Below, in pieces: positions 18,429-30,412 of a stretch of DNA of 64,000 bases. The notes below the pieces were generated by a model. The model saw nothing but the letters and a program-made list of their open reading frames with translations, was not told the origin of the DNA and made no database searches. The stretch is from an uncultured Acidobacteriota bacterium. GTDB taxonomy: Bacteria; Actinomycetota; Acidimicrobiia; Spongiisociales; ZC4RG35. The DNA lies in NCBI GenBank assembly GCA_963828465.1, contig CAWHEU010000009.1:1-64000 (forward strand), read 5' to 3'. The stretch's first letter is position 1. Each line of letters opens with the position of its first letter. A program made the translations under genes and the position numbers.

Positions 18429-19169
18429 TCACGTCACCTCCGCCATTAGCCGCAGGAAACGCCGCGCTCTGTCCGTCGTGGGATTGACCAGGACCTGATC
18501 TGGAGGTCCCTCCTCCACGACCCGCCCCTCGTCCATGAACAGCACCCGGTCCGCCACGTCCCGGGCAAAGGTGAGCTCGTGGGAAACGACGATCATCGTC
18601 ATGCCTTCGGCGGCAAGGGTCTTGATCGCTCCGAGAACCTCGCCCACCAGCTCCGGGTCGAGAGCCGAGGTTGGCTCGTCGAAGAGCATCAAGGAAGGGT
18701 TCATGGCGAGGGCCCGGATGATGGCCACCCGCTGCTGCTGCCCACCGGAGAGGCGATCCGGGTATTCGTCACGTTTGTCAGCCAGGTCGAAGCGCTCGAG
18801 GAGATGCTGGGCTGTGATCTGGGCTTCTTCCTTGGAGATCTTCAGCACCTTGTTCGGGGCCAGGGTGATGTTGTCCAGGACCGACAAATGAGGGAACAGG
18901 TTGAACGATTGGAACACGATGCCGATGCGCCGACGAGCGTCGTCGGCATCGAACTCGGGGTCCGCGATGTCCACACCGTCGAGAAGGATCTCACCGTCGT
19001 CGACCGGCTCGAGGAGGTTGATGCATCGGAGCAGGGTCGACTTGCCCGATCCCGAGGGCCCCACCACCGCCAAAACTTCGTGGGTGGAGAGGGCGAGGCT
19101 GACGTCGGCGAGGACAACGAGGTCGCCGAACTGCTTCCAGACACCGCGCACATCGAGAAGGGCACTCAC
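18429..19169 (-). CDS. Polar amino acid ABC transporter ATP-binding protein
   Basis: [32 protein letters not shown]. Confidence 0.9.
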   Translation of the reverse strand: MSALLDVRGVWKQFGDLVVLADVSLALSTHEVLAVVGPSGSGKSTLLRCINLLEPVDDGEILLDGVDIADPEFDADDARRRIGIVFQSFNLFPHLSVLDNITLAPNKVLKISKEEAQITAQHLLERFDLADKRDEYPDRLSGGQQQRVAIIRALAMNPSLMLFDEPTSALDPELVGEVLGAIKTLAAEGMTMIVVSHELTFARDVADRVLFMDEGRVVEEGPPDQVLVNPTTDRARRFLRLMAEVT

Positions 19170-20035
19170 AAGGAGGTCCCGGTGGTCCGTTCCCGCTGGC
19201 GCCGGATCAGATAGTCGGTGAACCGGGCCAAGGGGATGGTGACGATCATGAAGAGTAGGGCTGCGGCAAGGTACGCGGTGAAGTTGAAGGTCTCGGCGAC
19301 ATAGATCTGCGATCGGCGGAACGCCTCCTGGACCCCGAGTAGGGCGAGCAGGGCCGAGTCTTTCTGGAGGGCGACGAAATCGTTGAGCAGCGGGGGGATG
19401 ACCCGTCGCACCGCCTGGGGCAGCACGACCCATCTCATCGACTGGGCGGAGCTGAGCCCAAGTGAGCGGGCCGCGGATGTCTGGCTCTCATGAACCGAGT
19501 CGATGCCGGCCCGATACACCTCGGCGACGTAAGCCGAGTATGAGACTACGAGAGTCGTGATGGCCCAGAACTCCTGGCTGTTCGGCACACCTTGCAACCT
19601 GAGCGCAGGCACACCGAACCCGAGAAGGAAGAGCAGGATGATCGTCGGGATGCCCCGGATGATGTCGACGTAGGCAGTCGCGGCCAGTCGCAACGGCGTC
19701 AGCACCGGAGCCCGGCTGCTTCGGATGACCGCCAAGATGAGGGCAACTATGAGAATGAAGACCTCGGCGATGAGGAAGATGCGGACGTTGCGTACAAACC
19801 CGGTGAGGATTTCCGGGAACGACGCCTTGAAATCCTCCCAGCTGAAGAATGACTCGCGGACCGTGGGCCAACCCGGCGAGTTGACCACCACCAGGATGAC
19901 GACCCCGAACACCACCACGGTGCTGACCGCACCGATGAGCAAGGAGCGGCGACGCTGCCGATTCTGATAGGCGAGACGCCGGGCCCGGCCCGGCGAGACG
20001 CCCGGGTCCCGGAGCGGCGCCTCGGCCTCGGTCAT
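19166..20035 (-). CDS. Polar amino acid ABC transporter permease
   Basis: RGIPTII, SAYVAEVYRAGI, LPQAVRRVIPPLLNDF, KDSAL. Confidence 0.9.
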   Translation of the reverse strand: MTEAEAPLRDPGVSPGRARRLAYQNRQRRRSLLIGAVSTVVVFGVVILVVVNSPGWPTVRESFFSWEDFKASFPEILTGFVRNVRIFLIAEVFILIVALILAVIRSSRAPVLTPLRLAATAYVDIIRGIPTIILLFLLGFGVPALRLQGVPNSQEFWAITTLVVSYSAYVAEVYRAGIDSVHESQTSAARSLGLSSAQSMRWVVLPQAVRRVIPPLLNDFVALQKDSALLALLGVQEAFRRSQIYVAETFNFTAYLAAALLFMIVTIPLARFTDYLIRRQRERTTGTSL

Positions 20036-20044
20036 CTAGCGGAG

Positions 20045-20881
20045 CTAGCCGGTCTCGATGATCGGGGCCTCGACCACATCAGAGAGCCACTCCTGCTGGA
20101 TGGCTTCGAGATCGACGTTGGCCAGCGCCTCATTGACGCAGTCTCGCAAAGGGTTGCCCTCTTCGAAGACCATCCCGAACTGCTCACTCTCCCCTGCTGA
20201 CGGGAATTGGGCGATCACAGTCGAGCCCTCGATCTCCACCGCTGACACGAAGAACGCCGTCGGGAGGTCGAGTACGAGGCCATCGAGTTGGCCGGCATCG
20301 AACGCCGCCTTGGCATCGGCGTTGGTGTCGTAGACGAGGGGCTCGGTCTCCGGCTGGATCACATCGGTGATGAAATCGAGGCTGGTAGTGCCGACCTGGG
20401 CCCCGAGCCGGTAAGACTTGAGCTCCTCGATCGACGTGGCCGAAGCGATCTCCGAATCGGAGAACCCGAGCAACGCCTGGTTGACGTCGTAATACCCGTC
20501 GGAGAAGTCGACAGCCGCGTCTCGCTCCTCACTGATCGAGACTTGATTGATGTCGAAGTCGAACTCCTTTTCCCCGGGTGCGAACGCGTTGTTGAAAGGC
20601 ACGACGACCCAGGTCACCTCATCCTCGGTGAAGCCGAGCTCGCTCGCCACGGCGTATGCCACAGCGCTCTCGAAGCCAGTCCCGGTCTCGGGACCGCCCT
20701 CGAAGTCGAACCAGGGCGGGAACGAGGGCTCGTCGGTGCCAATGGTGAGGACTCCTTCCTCGACCAGAGTCAGGTCTTCCTTCTCGCAGGAGACATCGCC
20801 GCCTCCGCCCCCTCCCTCCTCGGCGGCACAGGCGGCCACGAGCATGGCAAGGAACGCGAGGAGAGCGATGCTTCTCTTCAT
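20045..20881 (-). CDS. Polar amino acid ABC transporter substrate-binding lipoprotein
   Basis: Lipobox VAAC; LTIGTDEPSFPPW, FDFDINQVSI, GAQVGTTS. Confidence 0.9.
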   Translation of the reverse strand: MKRSIALLAFLAMLVAACAAEEGGGGGGDVSCEKEDLTLVEEGVLTIGTDEPSFPPWFDFEGGPETGTGFESAVAYAVASELGFTEDEVTWVVVPFNNAFAPGEKEFDFDINQVSISEERDAAVDFSDGYYDVNQALLGFSDSEIASATSIEELKSYRLGAQVGTTSLDFITDVIQPETEPLVYDTNADAKAAFDAGQLDGLVLDLPTAFFVSAVEIEGSTVIAQFPSAGESEQFGMVFEEGNPLRDCVNEALANVDLEAIQQEWLSDVVEAPIIETG

Positions 20882-21017
20882 GTGGGACTCCTACGAAGTC
20901 AGGCGAATCCGGAGAGCGTAGTGCCCGCCATCACCCGCCCCGCCAAGGCCGAATCCAGATCCGCCGGATACAATCGTTGGCGCCCTCAGGGCAATTACCT
21001 CAGGAGGAAGGCAGAGA

Positions 21018-21860
21018 ATGAAACGACGATTCCTTGTGCTCCTCGCTGTAGCCACCCTCATCGCCGCAGCCTGCGGCGGGAGCGAAGGAGGCGACGGCGA
21101 CCTGCTCTCTTCGATCGAGGAGGAGGGGGTGTTGACGGTTTCGACTGATCCCGCCTACCCACCCCAGTCCTCATTGAACGAGGAGACCGGGGAATACGAA
21201 GGCTTCGACATCGACGTGGCCACTGCGATCGCCGAGGGAATCGGGGTCGAGGTTGCTTGGGAGGCGCCGGCCTGGGAGACGATCATCGCCGGCAACTGGA
21301 ATGGTCGTTGGGACCTCAGCGTCGGCTCGATGACGATCACCCCTGAGCGAGAAGAGGTCTTGCACTTCAGCACGCCGTACTACTACACCCCGGCCGTGGT
21401 GGCGGTCGCCGCCGATGACGACTCGATCAGTGATCTGAGTACCGATCTCGATGGCCAGGCGATCGCGGTCTGTGGTGCTTGCACCTACGACTTCTATCTC
21501 CAGGGCAATCTGGAGATCCCGGGTGAGACCGTCGACTTCGTCATCGATGACCCCGAGATCATCACAACCGACACCGACACGACCGCTATCGAGCAGCTGG
21601 TCCAGGGCCGGGTCGTCGCAGCGATGTCGTCGGCGACCACGATCCAGACGGCAATCGACGAAGGGCTGCCGATCAAGGTCGTGGGAGACCCCTTGTTCTA
21701 CGAGCCACTGGCGGCGGCAATCGACGCCAGTGCATCGCTCGACACCGCGTCATTCGTGGCCCGTGTCTCGGAGATCGTCGAGGGGATGCACGAGGACGGA
21801 AGCCTGAGTGAGCTGTCGAACCAGTGGTTCGGCCTCGACCTCACCACGAAGGCATCTTGA
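21018..21860 (+). CDS. Polar amino acid ABC transporter substrate-binding lipoprotein
   Basis: Lipobox AAAC; STDPAYPPQS, GFDIDVA, GSMTITPER. Confidence 0.9.
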   Translation: MKRRFLVLLAVATLIAAACGGSEGGDGDLLSSIEEEGVLTVSTDPAYPPQSSLNEETGEYEGFDIDVATAIAEGIGVEVAWEAPAWETIIAGNWNGRWDLSVGSMTITPEREEVLHFSTPYYYTPAVVAVAADDDSISDLSTDLDGQAIAVCGACTYDFYLQGNLEIPGETVDFVIDDPEIITTDTDTTAIEQLVQGRVVAAMSSATTIQTAIDEGLPIKVVGDPLFYEPLAAAIDASASLDTASFVARVSEIVEGMHEDGSLSELSNQWFGLDLTTKAS

Positions 21861-21870
21861 GACAGGACGG

Positions 21871-21901
21871 CGGGGGCGGAGGCCATGGGTCTCTGCCCCC
21901 G
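21871..21901. terminator. Hairpin after the SBP gene
   Basis: CGGGGGCGGAGGCC-ATG-GGTCTCTGCCCCCG, stem with G-U pairs. Confidence 0.55.
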
Positions 21902-21927
21902 GTCGCCCTCAACGAGGCCGAGTTACG

Positions 21928-22794
21928 ATGAGAGAGCGCTTCGAGCAGTGGAGCGCGAGCATCCCATTCAAGGTGAAGCTCGGCATGGTCTGGGCTGTGA
22001 TCGGCCTGATCGTGGTGGCTCTCTTCTCGTTGGCCGACTTCGACGTCCAATGGATGATCGACCAGTTCTGGTTCATCGCAACAGGCCTGCCCTGGACGGT
22101 CATCATCTGCGGGATCGCCATCATCCTGGCGGTCATCCTCGCTCTACTCGGCGCCCTCGGCCGGCTCTCCAACAGCGCGGTCGCGCAGGGGGTCACCAGC
22201 TTTTATACGTCCTTCTTCCGGGGCACGCCACTCATCGTCCAGATGTTCCTCATCTTTCTGGCCCTGCCCCAACTGGCCCCGCCCGACCTGCCTGGGCTTC
22301 GTGATTCGCTGACCTTCACCGCCCTCCAGGCCGGGATCATCGCCCTCGGCCTCAACTATGGCGCCTACATGACCGAGATCTTTCGCGCCGGTATCCAGTC
22401 GGTAGGACACGGCCAGGTGGAGGCGGCCGAAGCCCTGGGCATGACCTATCGGCAGCGCATGCGGCGGATCGTCCTTCCCCAGGCGATAAGGGTCATCATC
22501 CCGCCCACGGGAAACGAGTTCATCGCCATGATGAAGGACTCCGCGCTGATCTCGCTTCTCGGCTCGGTGGTGGCACAGATGGAGATCTTCCGCCGGGCCC
22601 AGTTGGTGGGTCGGGCCGATTTCCGGCCGCTGGAGGCGTTCGTCGTTGCCGCCGCTCTCTATTGGGTGCTGACGACGATCTTCCAGTTCTTCCAGACGAG
22701 ATTGGAACGCAAGCTGTCGGCCGGATACGTGCGCACGACCATCAGGGTCACCACCCAGCCCGGCATCGAGGTCGTCGAGAGCGAGCCGGCATGA
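21928..22794 (+). CDS. Polar amino acid ABC transporter permease
   Basis: [40 protein letters not shown]. Confidence 0.9.
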   Translation: MRERFEQWSASIPFKVKLGMVWAVIGLIVVALFSLADFDVQWMIDQFWFIATGLPWTVIICGIAIILAVILALLGALGRLSNSAVAQGVTSFYTSFFRGTPLIVQMFLIFLALPQLAPPDLPGLRDSLTFTALQAGIIALGLNYGAYMTEIFRAGIQSVGHGQVEAAEALGMTYRQRMRRIVLPQAIRVIIPPTGNEFIAMMKDSALISLLGSVVAQMEIFRRAQLVGRADFRPLEAFVVAAALYWVLTTIFQFFQTRLERKLSAGYVRTTIRVTTQPGIEVVESEPA

Positions 22795-23546
22795 CCGAGA
22801 CAGTGGTCAAGGTGAGCGATCTCCGCAAGTCGTTTGGTGACCAAGAGGTCCTCAAGGGTGTCGATCTCGAGGTCGCTCGAGGGGAAGTGGTGGTCGTCTT
22901 CGGACGATCCGGGTCGGGGAAGAGCACTCTCCTACGCTGCATCAACTTCCTCGAAGAGCCGACGTCGGGAACGATCGAAGTCGGTGGGATCCGCATCGAG
23001 CCTGGCACTCGAACCCATCGTCAACGGGAGACGATCCGCAGTGTGCGGCTCAAGGCGGGAATGGTGTTCCAGGAATTCAATCTCTTCCCGCATCTCACCG
23101 CCCTCGAAAACATCATCGAGGCGCCGGTGACGGTCAAGGGTCAGGAGCGCAACCATGCGATCGAGGTGGCCAGAGTCCTCCTCACCCAAGTTGGACTTGC
23201 CGACAAGGGTGACGCCTACCCGATCCACCTATCCGGCGGTCAGAAGCAACGCGTTGCCATCGCCCGGGCCCTGGCCATGGAGCCGGAGGTCATGCTCTTC
23301 GACGAGCCGACTTCGGCCCTAGACCCGGAGTTGATTTCAGAGGTGCTCTCGGTGATGAGGAGTCTGGCCACCGAGACCCACATGACAATGATCGTCGTCA
23401 CCCATGAGATGGGCTTCGCCCGTGAGGTGGCCACCACGATGGCCTTCGTCGATGACGGGAACATCGTCGAGACCGGCGCCCCGGCATCCATGATCTCCAA
23501 CCCCCAGCACTCTCAGACAAAGCGGTTCCTGGAAGCGGTCCTCTAA
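22791..23546 (+). CDS. Polar amino acid ABC transporter ATP-binding protein
   Basis: [32 protein letters not shown]. Confidence 0.9.
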   Translation: MTETVVKVSDLRKSFGDQEVLKGVDLEVARGEVVVVFGRSGSGKSTLLRCINFLEEPTSGTIEVGGIRIEPGTRTHRQRETIRSVRLKAGMVFQEFNLFPHLTALENIIEAPVTVKGQERNHAIEVARVLLTQVGLADKGDAYPIHLSGGQKQRVAIARALAMEPEVMLFDEPTSALDPELISEVLSVMRSLATETHMTMIVVTHEMGFAREVATTMAFVDDGNIVETGAPASMISNPQHSQTKRFLEAVL

Positions 23547-25396
23547 CTGAGCAAGGCGACGACTCTGGAGGCGACCGAGTCGGGGTCGAGGCCGACCGAG
23601 TGGGCGATGTCAGAGGGCGAGCCGAAGGGGAGGAAATGGTCGGGGATCCCGATGCATGTGATCTCCTTGACCTGACCCGCCTCGGCGAATGCCTCCATCA
23701 CCGCGGCGCCAAATCCCCCGGCGACGACGTTGTCCTCGACGGTGACCACGTGACGGGCGGGCGCGGCCCATTCCAGGATTCGTGGATCGAGAGGCTTGAC
23801 CCATCTGGCGTTGACCACACCGACAGAGAACCCCCTGGTCCTGATGTCGACGGCAGCCTTCTCGGCGACCTCCACCATCCGGCCCGCAGCCACCAAGAGC
23901 ACATCCGTCCCCTCGGAGAGGAGTTGCGCCTCGCCGATCGGCAAGGCCGCGACCGGGACCGCCGGCACCGATACCGCCGCCCCCTTCGGGTAGCGGATGG
24001 CGATGGGGCCGTCATGGTCCACGGCGGTTTCGATCATCGCGCACAACTCGGCGGCGTCGGCGGGTGCCCCCACCACCATGTTGGGGATGAGACGCAAGTA
24101 GGACAGGTCGAACACGCCGTGGTGGGAGGGGCCGTCGGGTCCGGTGATTCCGGATCGATCGACCAGGAAAGTCACCGGAAGGTCGTGGAGAGCGACATCG
24201 GCGATGATCTGATCGAAGGCGCGTTGCAGGAAGGCGGAGTAGACGGCCACGACCGGCCGCTTCCCGGCCATGGCCATGCCCGCGGCAAGCGTGACCGCAT
24301 GCTGCTCCGATATCCCGGTGTCGAAAACCCGGTCAGGGAACCGCTGCCACATCTGCATCAGCCCGGCCGTGGTGACCATCGCCGCCGAGATCCCGACGAG
24401 ATCGGGCCTGGTGGCGGCCGCCTCGGCTACGGCGTTCCCGGCGACATCGGTGAGCCTGAGCTCCTCCTTGATCGCCTTGCCGGTCGCAAGGTCGAATGAG
24501 CCCACACCGTGCAGCTTCTCCAGCTCGTCCTCGATTGCCGGCTGGTATCCGTTCCCCTTCTCGGTGACCACGTGGATCACGACCGGTCGGTCGAACTCCT
24601 TGGCGACGCGGAAGGTCTCCTCGAGCAGCTCGATGTCATGCCCGTCGATCTGTCCCGTGTATTTGAGATCGAGCGCGTCGAAGACGGTGAAGGGCTCCAG
24701 GATCTGCTTCACCGCGTCCTTGAGTCGTCCGGCCAGCTCATCGGCGGTCTCCCCGACCAGTGGGAGGCCCCTCAGCATCCGGCCCAGGGTTCGCTTCGTC
24801 TTCTCGTATCGAGGGTCGATGCGGTAATGGGCCAGGCTGGCGAGGGCGGCGAGGCCGCCCACCGTCGGGGCGTAGGACCGACCGTTGTCGTTGACCACGA
24901 TGATCAAGCGCTCCGGCTGGGTCACCGCGATGTGGTTCAGCGCCTCGTAGGCCATCCCACCGGTGAGCGCCCCGTCCCCGATGATGGCGACGGTGTAACC
25001 GGGGTAGCCGGCCAGTGCATGGCCGAGCGCGTAGGAGAGAGATGTCGACGCGTGGCTGTTCTCGACGAAATCGTGATCGGACTCCTCGCGACTCGGATAA
25101 CCGGACAGCCCGCCGGTGTGACGCAGCTGGTCGAAGCCAGCCATCCGACCGGTGACGAGTTTGTGCACATAGGCCTGATGCCCAACGTCCCAGATGAATC
25201 GGTCGGTGGGTGAGTCGAACACGCGGTGCAGGGCAAGGGTCAGCTCGACCACACCGAGATTGGGAGACAAGTGCCCGCCACTCTTGGACACCTTGTCCAG
25301 GATGAATGTGCGGATCTCCTCGGTGAGGGCGTCCAGCTCTTCCTTGCTGAGCCCACGCAGGTCAGCTGGGCTCGAGATTGATTCGAGAATCGCCAT
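23543..25396 (-). CDS. dxs: 1-deoxy-D-xylulose-5-phosphate synthase
   Basis: [60 protein letters not shown]. Confidence 0.96.
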   Translation of the reverse strand: MAILESISSPADLRGLSKEELDALTEEIRTFILDKVSKSGGHLSPNLGVVELTLALHRVFDSPTDRFIWDVGHQAYVHKLVTGRMAGFDQLRHTGGLSGYPSREESDHDFVENSHASTSLSYALGHALAGYPGYTVAIIGDGALTGGMAYEALNHIAVTQPERLIIVVNDNGRSYAPTVGGLAALASLAHYRIDPRYEKTKRTLGRMLRGLPLVGETADELAGRLKDAVKQILEPFTVFDALDLKYTGQIDGHDIELLEETFRVAKEFDRPVVIHVVTEKGNGYQPAIEDELEKLHGVGSFDLATGKAIKEELRLTDVAGNAVAEAAATRPDLVGISAAMVTTAGLMQMWQRFPDRVFDTGISEQHAVTLAAGMAMAGKRPVVAVYSAFLQRAFDQIIADVALHDLPVTFLVDRSGITGPDGPSHHGVFDLSYLRLIPNMVVGAPADAAELCAMIETAVDHDGPIAIRYPKGAAVSVPAVPVAALPIGEAQLLSEGTDVLLVAAGRMVEVAEKAAVDIRTRGFSVGVVNARWVKPLDPRILEWAAPARHVVTVEDNVVAGGFGAAVMEAFAEAGQVKEITCIGIPDHFLPFGSPSDIAHSVGLDPDSVASRVVALLS

Positions 25397-25414
25397 GATT
25401 GGAACCGGTTCAGG

Positions 25415-27145
25415 CTAGTTGGATGCGGGAATTTGCCGTTCGAGGATCGGCAGATGCACGGTGAAAGTGGAACCGGCGCCCAGCTCGCTCTCGACAGACA
25501 CGCTCCCACCGTGACTCTCCACCACATGTTTGACGATGGCGAGCCCCAGACCCGTCCCGCCGGTGGCTCGGGCCCGGGCGTTGTCCACACGGTAGAAGCG
25601 CTCGAAGACTCGATCCAGGTCACGGGTGGGGATCCCCTCCCCGGTGTCGCTAATCCGAAGCACCGCGTCTTCGCCTACCACTTCCAGCTCGGCCCCGATC
25701 GATCCCCCGGAGGGGGTATACCTGATCGCATTGTCGAGGAGATTGCGAACGGCGATGGCCACATCGCGCCTGCTTCCTGCAACCTGCGCCGGGGCTACCT
25801 GGAGGATGACATCGATTCCGTGCTCGTCTGCCACGTTGCGCACCCGCTCGAGCTCCTCTCGCACGAGGTGATCGAGGCTGAGGGGGTCCAACTCGGGTTC
25901 GTCCCGCTCCAACCTCGACAGATCGAGCAGGTCGGTGACCAAGCGATCGAGCTGACGGGCCGATCCCTCGATCTGGCTTCCAAAGCGCAGCGCTGACTCG
26001 TCTCCCCGCTCGACTGCCAGCTGCAAAGCCTCTGACGAAGCGATGATGGCCGACACCGGGGTCTTCAGCTCATGCGAGGCGTTGGCCACGAAGTCACGAC
26101 GCACCGAGGCCGCTCGCTCTCGCTCGGTGACGTCGACGACCACCAGCAGGATGCGTTTGTCATACGCAAATGGAGTAGCGATCCCTCGAAGTTGCCGCAC
26201 CGGCTTCCCGTGCTCGGCAAGCAACGTCGTGGGGTTCCCGGTCTCTCGCGCCTCGAGCAGAGCGTCCTGGAAAGAGAATGGGACAAGCCCGGAGAGAGTT
26301 TCGGGAATGCGGCCGAGGAGGCTCATAGCCGATGGGTTGGCGTATACCACCGAGTCGTCCTCGTCAAAGAGGATCGTCCCTTGGGGCATGGCGCCAAGAA
26401 CCACTTCCAAGGTCGAAGACGCCCTAACCGTCTCCATCAGCCGGGAGCGGTTGCTGGCATCGAGATCGGCAATGGCTGTCGCCAGTTCATCGATCTCGAG
26501 CACGCTGGATCGAGGGGGCTTGGGGCCGTTGTCCGATAGCGCCTTCGTTTGTTCGGTGAGCTCGACTATCGGGCGGGACATGCGTCTCGACAGCCAGGCG
26601 GCGACCAGCAGCCCGAGGAGCCCAACGGCGATCGGGACGAGGATGAGAGAACGCCGGTAGGGAGATGTCTCGGCGGCAATGTCGTCGACAGAAGCCGCCA
26701 AGCGGAGGATGAGCCCCTGATCTGTCGGGGTAGCCACGTAGAGCTGGTCGAACCCGGTGGTGTCGCTGTCTCTTGCGTCCCTTCCTGTGCCACCGGCGAT
26801 CGCCGATGCGACCTCCGGCCGATCGGCATGGTTGTCCATCGTCGCCGGATCCGAAAGAGAGTCGGCTATGACCACGCCGTCTGGGTCGATGACGGTGTAG
26901 CGGTAGCCGCCGGCATCGGCCATCGTGTCGACCCAAGTTTGGAGATCGACCGTTTCCACTGGCATTCCCACCGCGGAAATATGAGCCGCTGACTCCAATT
27001 GATCGAAGGCCTCATCGATGAACGCGGTGTCCACCGACCGGGACAGGAACCAGGCAATGACTCCGATAAGGACCAGATAGACAACGGCGAAGGACAGCAG
27101 GAAGCGGACAGCAAGCGGAGTCCTCCCCGGCGCTCTACTGCTCAT
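25415..27145 (-). CDS. phoR: Phosphate-regulon sensor histidine kinase (PhoR/SenX3-like)
   Basis: MDNHADRPEV sensor domain, RDFVANASHELKTP, NLLDNAIRY, GTGLGLAIVKH; located in the pst operon. Confidence 0.88.
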   Translation of the reverse strand: MSSRAPGRTPLAVRFLLSFAVVYLVLIGVIAWFLSRSVDTAFIDEAFDQLESAAHISAVGMPVETVDLQTWVDTMADAGGYRYTVIDPDGVVIADSLSDPATMDNHADRPEVASAIAGGTGRDARDSDTTGFDQLYVATPTDQGLILRLAASVDDIAAETSPYRRSLILVPIAVGLLGLLVAAWLSRRMSRPIVELTEQTKALSDNGPKPPRSSVLEIDELATAIADLDASNRSRLMETVRASSTLEVVLGAMPQGTILFDEDDSVVYANPSAMSLLGRIPETLSGLVPFSFQDALLEARETGNPTTLLAEHGKPVRQLRGIATPFAYDKRILLVVVDVTERERAASVRRDFVANASHELKTPVSAIIASSEALQLAVERGDESALRFGSQIEGSARQLDRLVTDLLDLSRLERDEPELDPLSLDHLVREELERVRNVADEHGIDVILQVAPAQVAGSRRDVAIAVRNLLDNAIRYTPSGGSIGAELEVVGEDAVLRISDTGEGIPTRDLDRVFERFYRVDNARARATGGTGLGLAIVKHVVESHGGSVSVESELGAGSTFTVHLPILERQIPASN

Positions 27146-27851
27146 CGACGAACTTGTAGCCCAGGCCCCGCACGGTCACGATCAGGCTCGGGTGTGCAGG
27201 GTCTGACTCCAGCTTTTGTCGGAGACGCTTGATGTGGACGTCGAGGGTCTTTGTGTCTCCGAAATAGCTCGGGCCCCAAACCTCGTCGATGAGGGTGTGA
27301 CGCGCCGCCAGCCGATTTCTCCGCCGCATCAGGGACTCGAGCAACTCGAATTCTTTGGGGCGCAAGTCGACTGGCTCACCTTCGAGCCGTGTCTGATGAG
27401 CATCGATATCGAGCTCTATGGGGCCACCGCGCAACACTTCGTTGGACTCGGCGAGAACACCGCTCTTCGCCGCCCTTCTCAATTGTGCCCTGATCCGGGC
27501 CACCAGCTCTCGCATCGAGAAAGGCTTGGTCATGTAGTCATCGGCGCCGAGCTCGAGGCCGGCCACCTTGTCCGACTCGGCGTCCTTGGCGGTGAGCATG
27601 ATGATGGGGACGTCGGAGGACAGTCGAATTTGTCGGCAAACGTCCAACCCGGACATACCTGGCAGCATCAGGTCTAGTAGCACGAGGTCGGGCTGGTTTA
27701 CCCGAGCCGACTCCAGCCCGCCAACGCCAGAATCGGCCACGAGCACGTCGAATCCCTCGACATCGAGTGCGTATCGAACCGACTCAGCGAGACCCGGCTC
27801 GTCTTCTACGACAAGGACGCGATGCCTTCGGCGCTCATCCGTCCTGGTCAT
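27135..27851 (-). CDS. regX3: OmpR-family response regulator, RegX3/PhoP-like
   Basis: [39 protein letters not shown]. Confidence 0.85.
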   Translation of the reverse strand: MTRTDERRRHRVLVVEDEPGLAESVRYALDVEGFDVLVADSGVGGLESARVNQPDLVLLDLMLPGMSGLDVCRQIRLSSDVPIIMLTAKDAESDKVAGLELGADDYMTKPFSMRELVARIRAQLRRAAKSGVLAESNEVLRGGPIELDIDAHQTRLEGEPVDLRPKEFELLESLMRRRNRLAARHTLIDEVWGPSYFGDTKTLDVHIKRLRQKLESDPAHPSLIVTVRGLGYKFVDEQ

Positions 27852-28542
27852 CGACCGAATTGTCCAAGCCCGATTCGACGAACTCGGCTCGTTTGCCGGT
27901 GATCAGATATGCCGTCTGCTCGGCGAAGTCAACCGCCTGGTCCCCGACCCGCTCCAGGGCCCGGGACGCCATCATCATCTTCGTTGCCCATTCCAGCATC
28001 TGCGGGTCGGAGGCGACGGCGACGATCTCCTTGAACATGTTGGCGTTGAGCCTGTCGACCGGCTGGTCCATGGCGGGTAGGAGCCGTGCTTCGTCGATGT
28101 CCTGGCGCAGATATGCCTCGATCGAGGTCCTGATCATCGGCCGTACGAGGTCGCCCATCTCTTGGATCTGGTCGCAAATGCGCTCCACCCGGGGCAAGCC
28201 GTCGTTCTGCTGCGTGACGCGAGCGATATTCACGCACTGGTCACCCATGCGCTCAAAAGTTGCGTTGAGTTGGAGGAGGACGCTCATCTTCCTCAGATCG
28301 GAGCCGAGAGGCTGAAATCGGGCCATCAAGGTCGTCCAAAGCTGGTGGACCTCGAAATACGTCTTGTCGATGTCTTCGTCAATGGCGATCACTCGATCTG
28401 CTAGCTCGAGATTCCCGTTGGTGACCGAATCAACGGCCATCTCGACCATGTGCTCGGCGCGGTCGACCATGCCCAGGACGGTGTGCTCCAAGGCCTCCAG
28501 CTCTTGGTGGAAATGAAGATTGGTGTCTGGTGCGCTGGTCAT
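27835..28542 (-). CDS. phoU: Phosphate signalling complex protein PhoU
   Basis: [38 protein letters not shown]; own ATG overlaps the pstB stop (ATGA). Confidence 0.92.
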   Translation of the reverse strand: MTSAPDTNLHFHQELEALEHTVLGMVDRAEHMVEMAVDSVTNGNLELADRVIAIDEDIDKTYFEVHQLWTTLMARFQPLGSDLRKMSVLLQLNATFERMGDQCVNIARVTQQNDGLPRVERICDQIQEMGDLVRPMIRTSIEAYLRQDIDEARLLPAMDQPVDRLNANMFKEIVAVASDPQMLEWATKMMMASRALERVGDQAVDFAEQTAYLITGKRAEFVESGLDNSVDDQDG

Positions 28543-29448
28543 CCGAATCGTCCCGTGATGTAGTCCTCGGTCTGTTTCTGTGCAGGAGCCGTGAAGATCT
28601 GCTCGGTCTGGCTGAATTCTACGAGGTAGCCGGTTCGCTGCCCCTCCTCGTCGACGTTCACCGAGAAGAACGCGGTCTGATCCGACACCCGCGGCTGCCT
28701 GCTGCATGTTGTGGGTGACGATCACGATCGTGTAGTCCTTCTTCAGGTCGAGCATCAGCTCCTCGATCTTCAGCGTGGCGATGGGATCGAGGGCGGAGCA
28801 GGGCTCGTCCATGAGTACGACATCGGGGCTGGTGGCGATGGCGCGGGCAATGCAGAGACGCTGTTGTTGGCCACCGGAGAGGGCCATCCCCGATTCCTTG
28901 AGCTTGTCCTTGACCTCGTCCCACAGGGCGGCCTTGATCAGGGACTCTTCCACTAGATCGTCGTAGTTGCCCTTGAAGCCGGCGATCCGCGGCCCGTACA
29001 CGATGTTCTCATAGATGCTTTTCGGGAACGGGTTCGGCTTCTGAAAGACCATGCCGATTCGGCGTCGGACTTCGACAGGATCCACCTTCTCCCCATAGAG
29101 ATCGACCCCGTGGTATTCAACCCGGCCCTCGACGCGGGCTGATTCGATCAGGTCGTTCATCCGGTTGAAGCAGCGGAGGACTGTCGATTTGCCGCAGCCG
29201 GAAGGCCCGATCAGAGCAGTGATTTCGTTCTGTTGGATCGCCATGTCGACATCTCGGACTGCTCGGAACGATCCGTAGAAGACGGTCAAGCCTCCGAGCT
29301 CGAATATCGGCGTGCGGTCCTCGGCCGACCCTGTTGCTGCCGCGGCATCTTGGCCGGTGGCGTGATCGGCCAGGGTTATCTCGATCGGTATCTCCGACTT
29401 CCGGCTCTCGGCTTGTGTGGTCATCGGCTCGCCTTCCTGGTCGATCAT
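28539..29448 (-). CDS. pstB: Phosphate ABC transporter ATP-binding protein, 1-nt insertion near 28692
   Basis: [34 protein letters not shown]; after the shift it reads [13 protein letters not shown]...[10 protein letters not shown]. Confidence 0.9.
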
Positions 29449-30411
29449 CGATATCTCCGCTCGTAGCGGTCACGAGCGATGACGGCCGCAGCGTTCACCG
29501 TCAGCAACATCACCAGAAGCACGACGATCGAAGCCGCGGTGAGTGCCACGAACTCGGCCTGGGGCTGCCGGGCGAAGTTGAAAACGACGATCGGGAGAGC
29601 GGTGTAGGGCTGGTTCAGCATCAGATCTGCGAACGAAGCATCGCTGGAGACACTGAAGAACAGAGACAACTGAGCCCCGGCGAGCAGCAAGGGCGCCGAT
29701 TCCCCAAACGCACGGGCGATGGTGAGCACCGTTCCGGTGAGGATGGCCGGTATGGCGACTGGCAACACTTGATGTCTGATCGTTTCCCAGCGGGTCGCCC
29801 CCACCGCCAGGGAGGCCTCTCTGAGAGCTCCGGGCACAGCCCGCAGGGCTTCCGACGTGGTAATGATCATTATCGGAAGCACGAGAACGGCGAGGGTGAG
29901 CCCGCCGGCAACCACGTTTCGACCGGCAATCCCCTCTGAGGCTCCAAAGACACCACGCATCAGGATTTCGACGAACAGGAAGAGACCGAGGATTCCGTAC
30001 ACGATCGACGGCACCCCGGCCAAGTTGCGAATGTTGGCGTTGATGAACCTGGTCACCCGATTGTCGGATGCGTATTCCTCGAGGTAGACGGCCGCCGCCA
30101 CTCCGAACGGGAAGGCGACTGCGATGACAAAGCCGGTCAAGGCCAGCGATCCCATGATCGCTTGCCAGATCCCGGCTGACGCAGCGGTCGGAGACAGACT
30201 GCTCGTGATGAAGCCAAAGCCCCTCGAGGCGAAGACCGGGAGAGCAGCGGCGATGGTGTCGGCGAGAAGCGTGATCAGGATGACCACCGAGGAGAGGAGG
30301 GTGAACAGCAACGCGAACCCCACCGATCGCGTTGGCCGGGCTGAACCTTCTGCCCTCGATTGACCTACGGACTAGTTCGGTAGTGGTCACGGCAGCGGCG
30401 TCGACGGTCAT
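29445..30411 (-). CDS. pstA: Phosphate ABC transporter permease, frameshift near 30320
   Basis: [30 protein letters not shown]; the N-terminus MTVDAAAV.. lies in another frame. Confidence 0.88.
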
Positions 30412-30412
30412 C

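Noticed and set aside
27835-29448. Apparent 537-aa PstB-PhoU fusion in the ORF track
   Set aside because: Removing one base near 28692 restores the canonical PstB tail ([23 protein letters not shown]), whose stop overlaps phoU's own ATG. The fusion is most likely an indel artefact.
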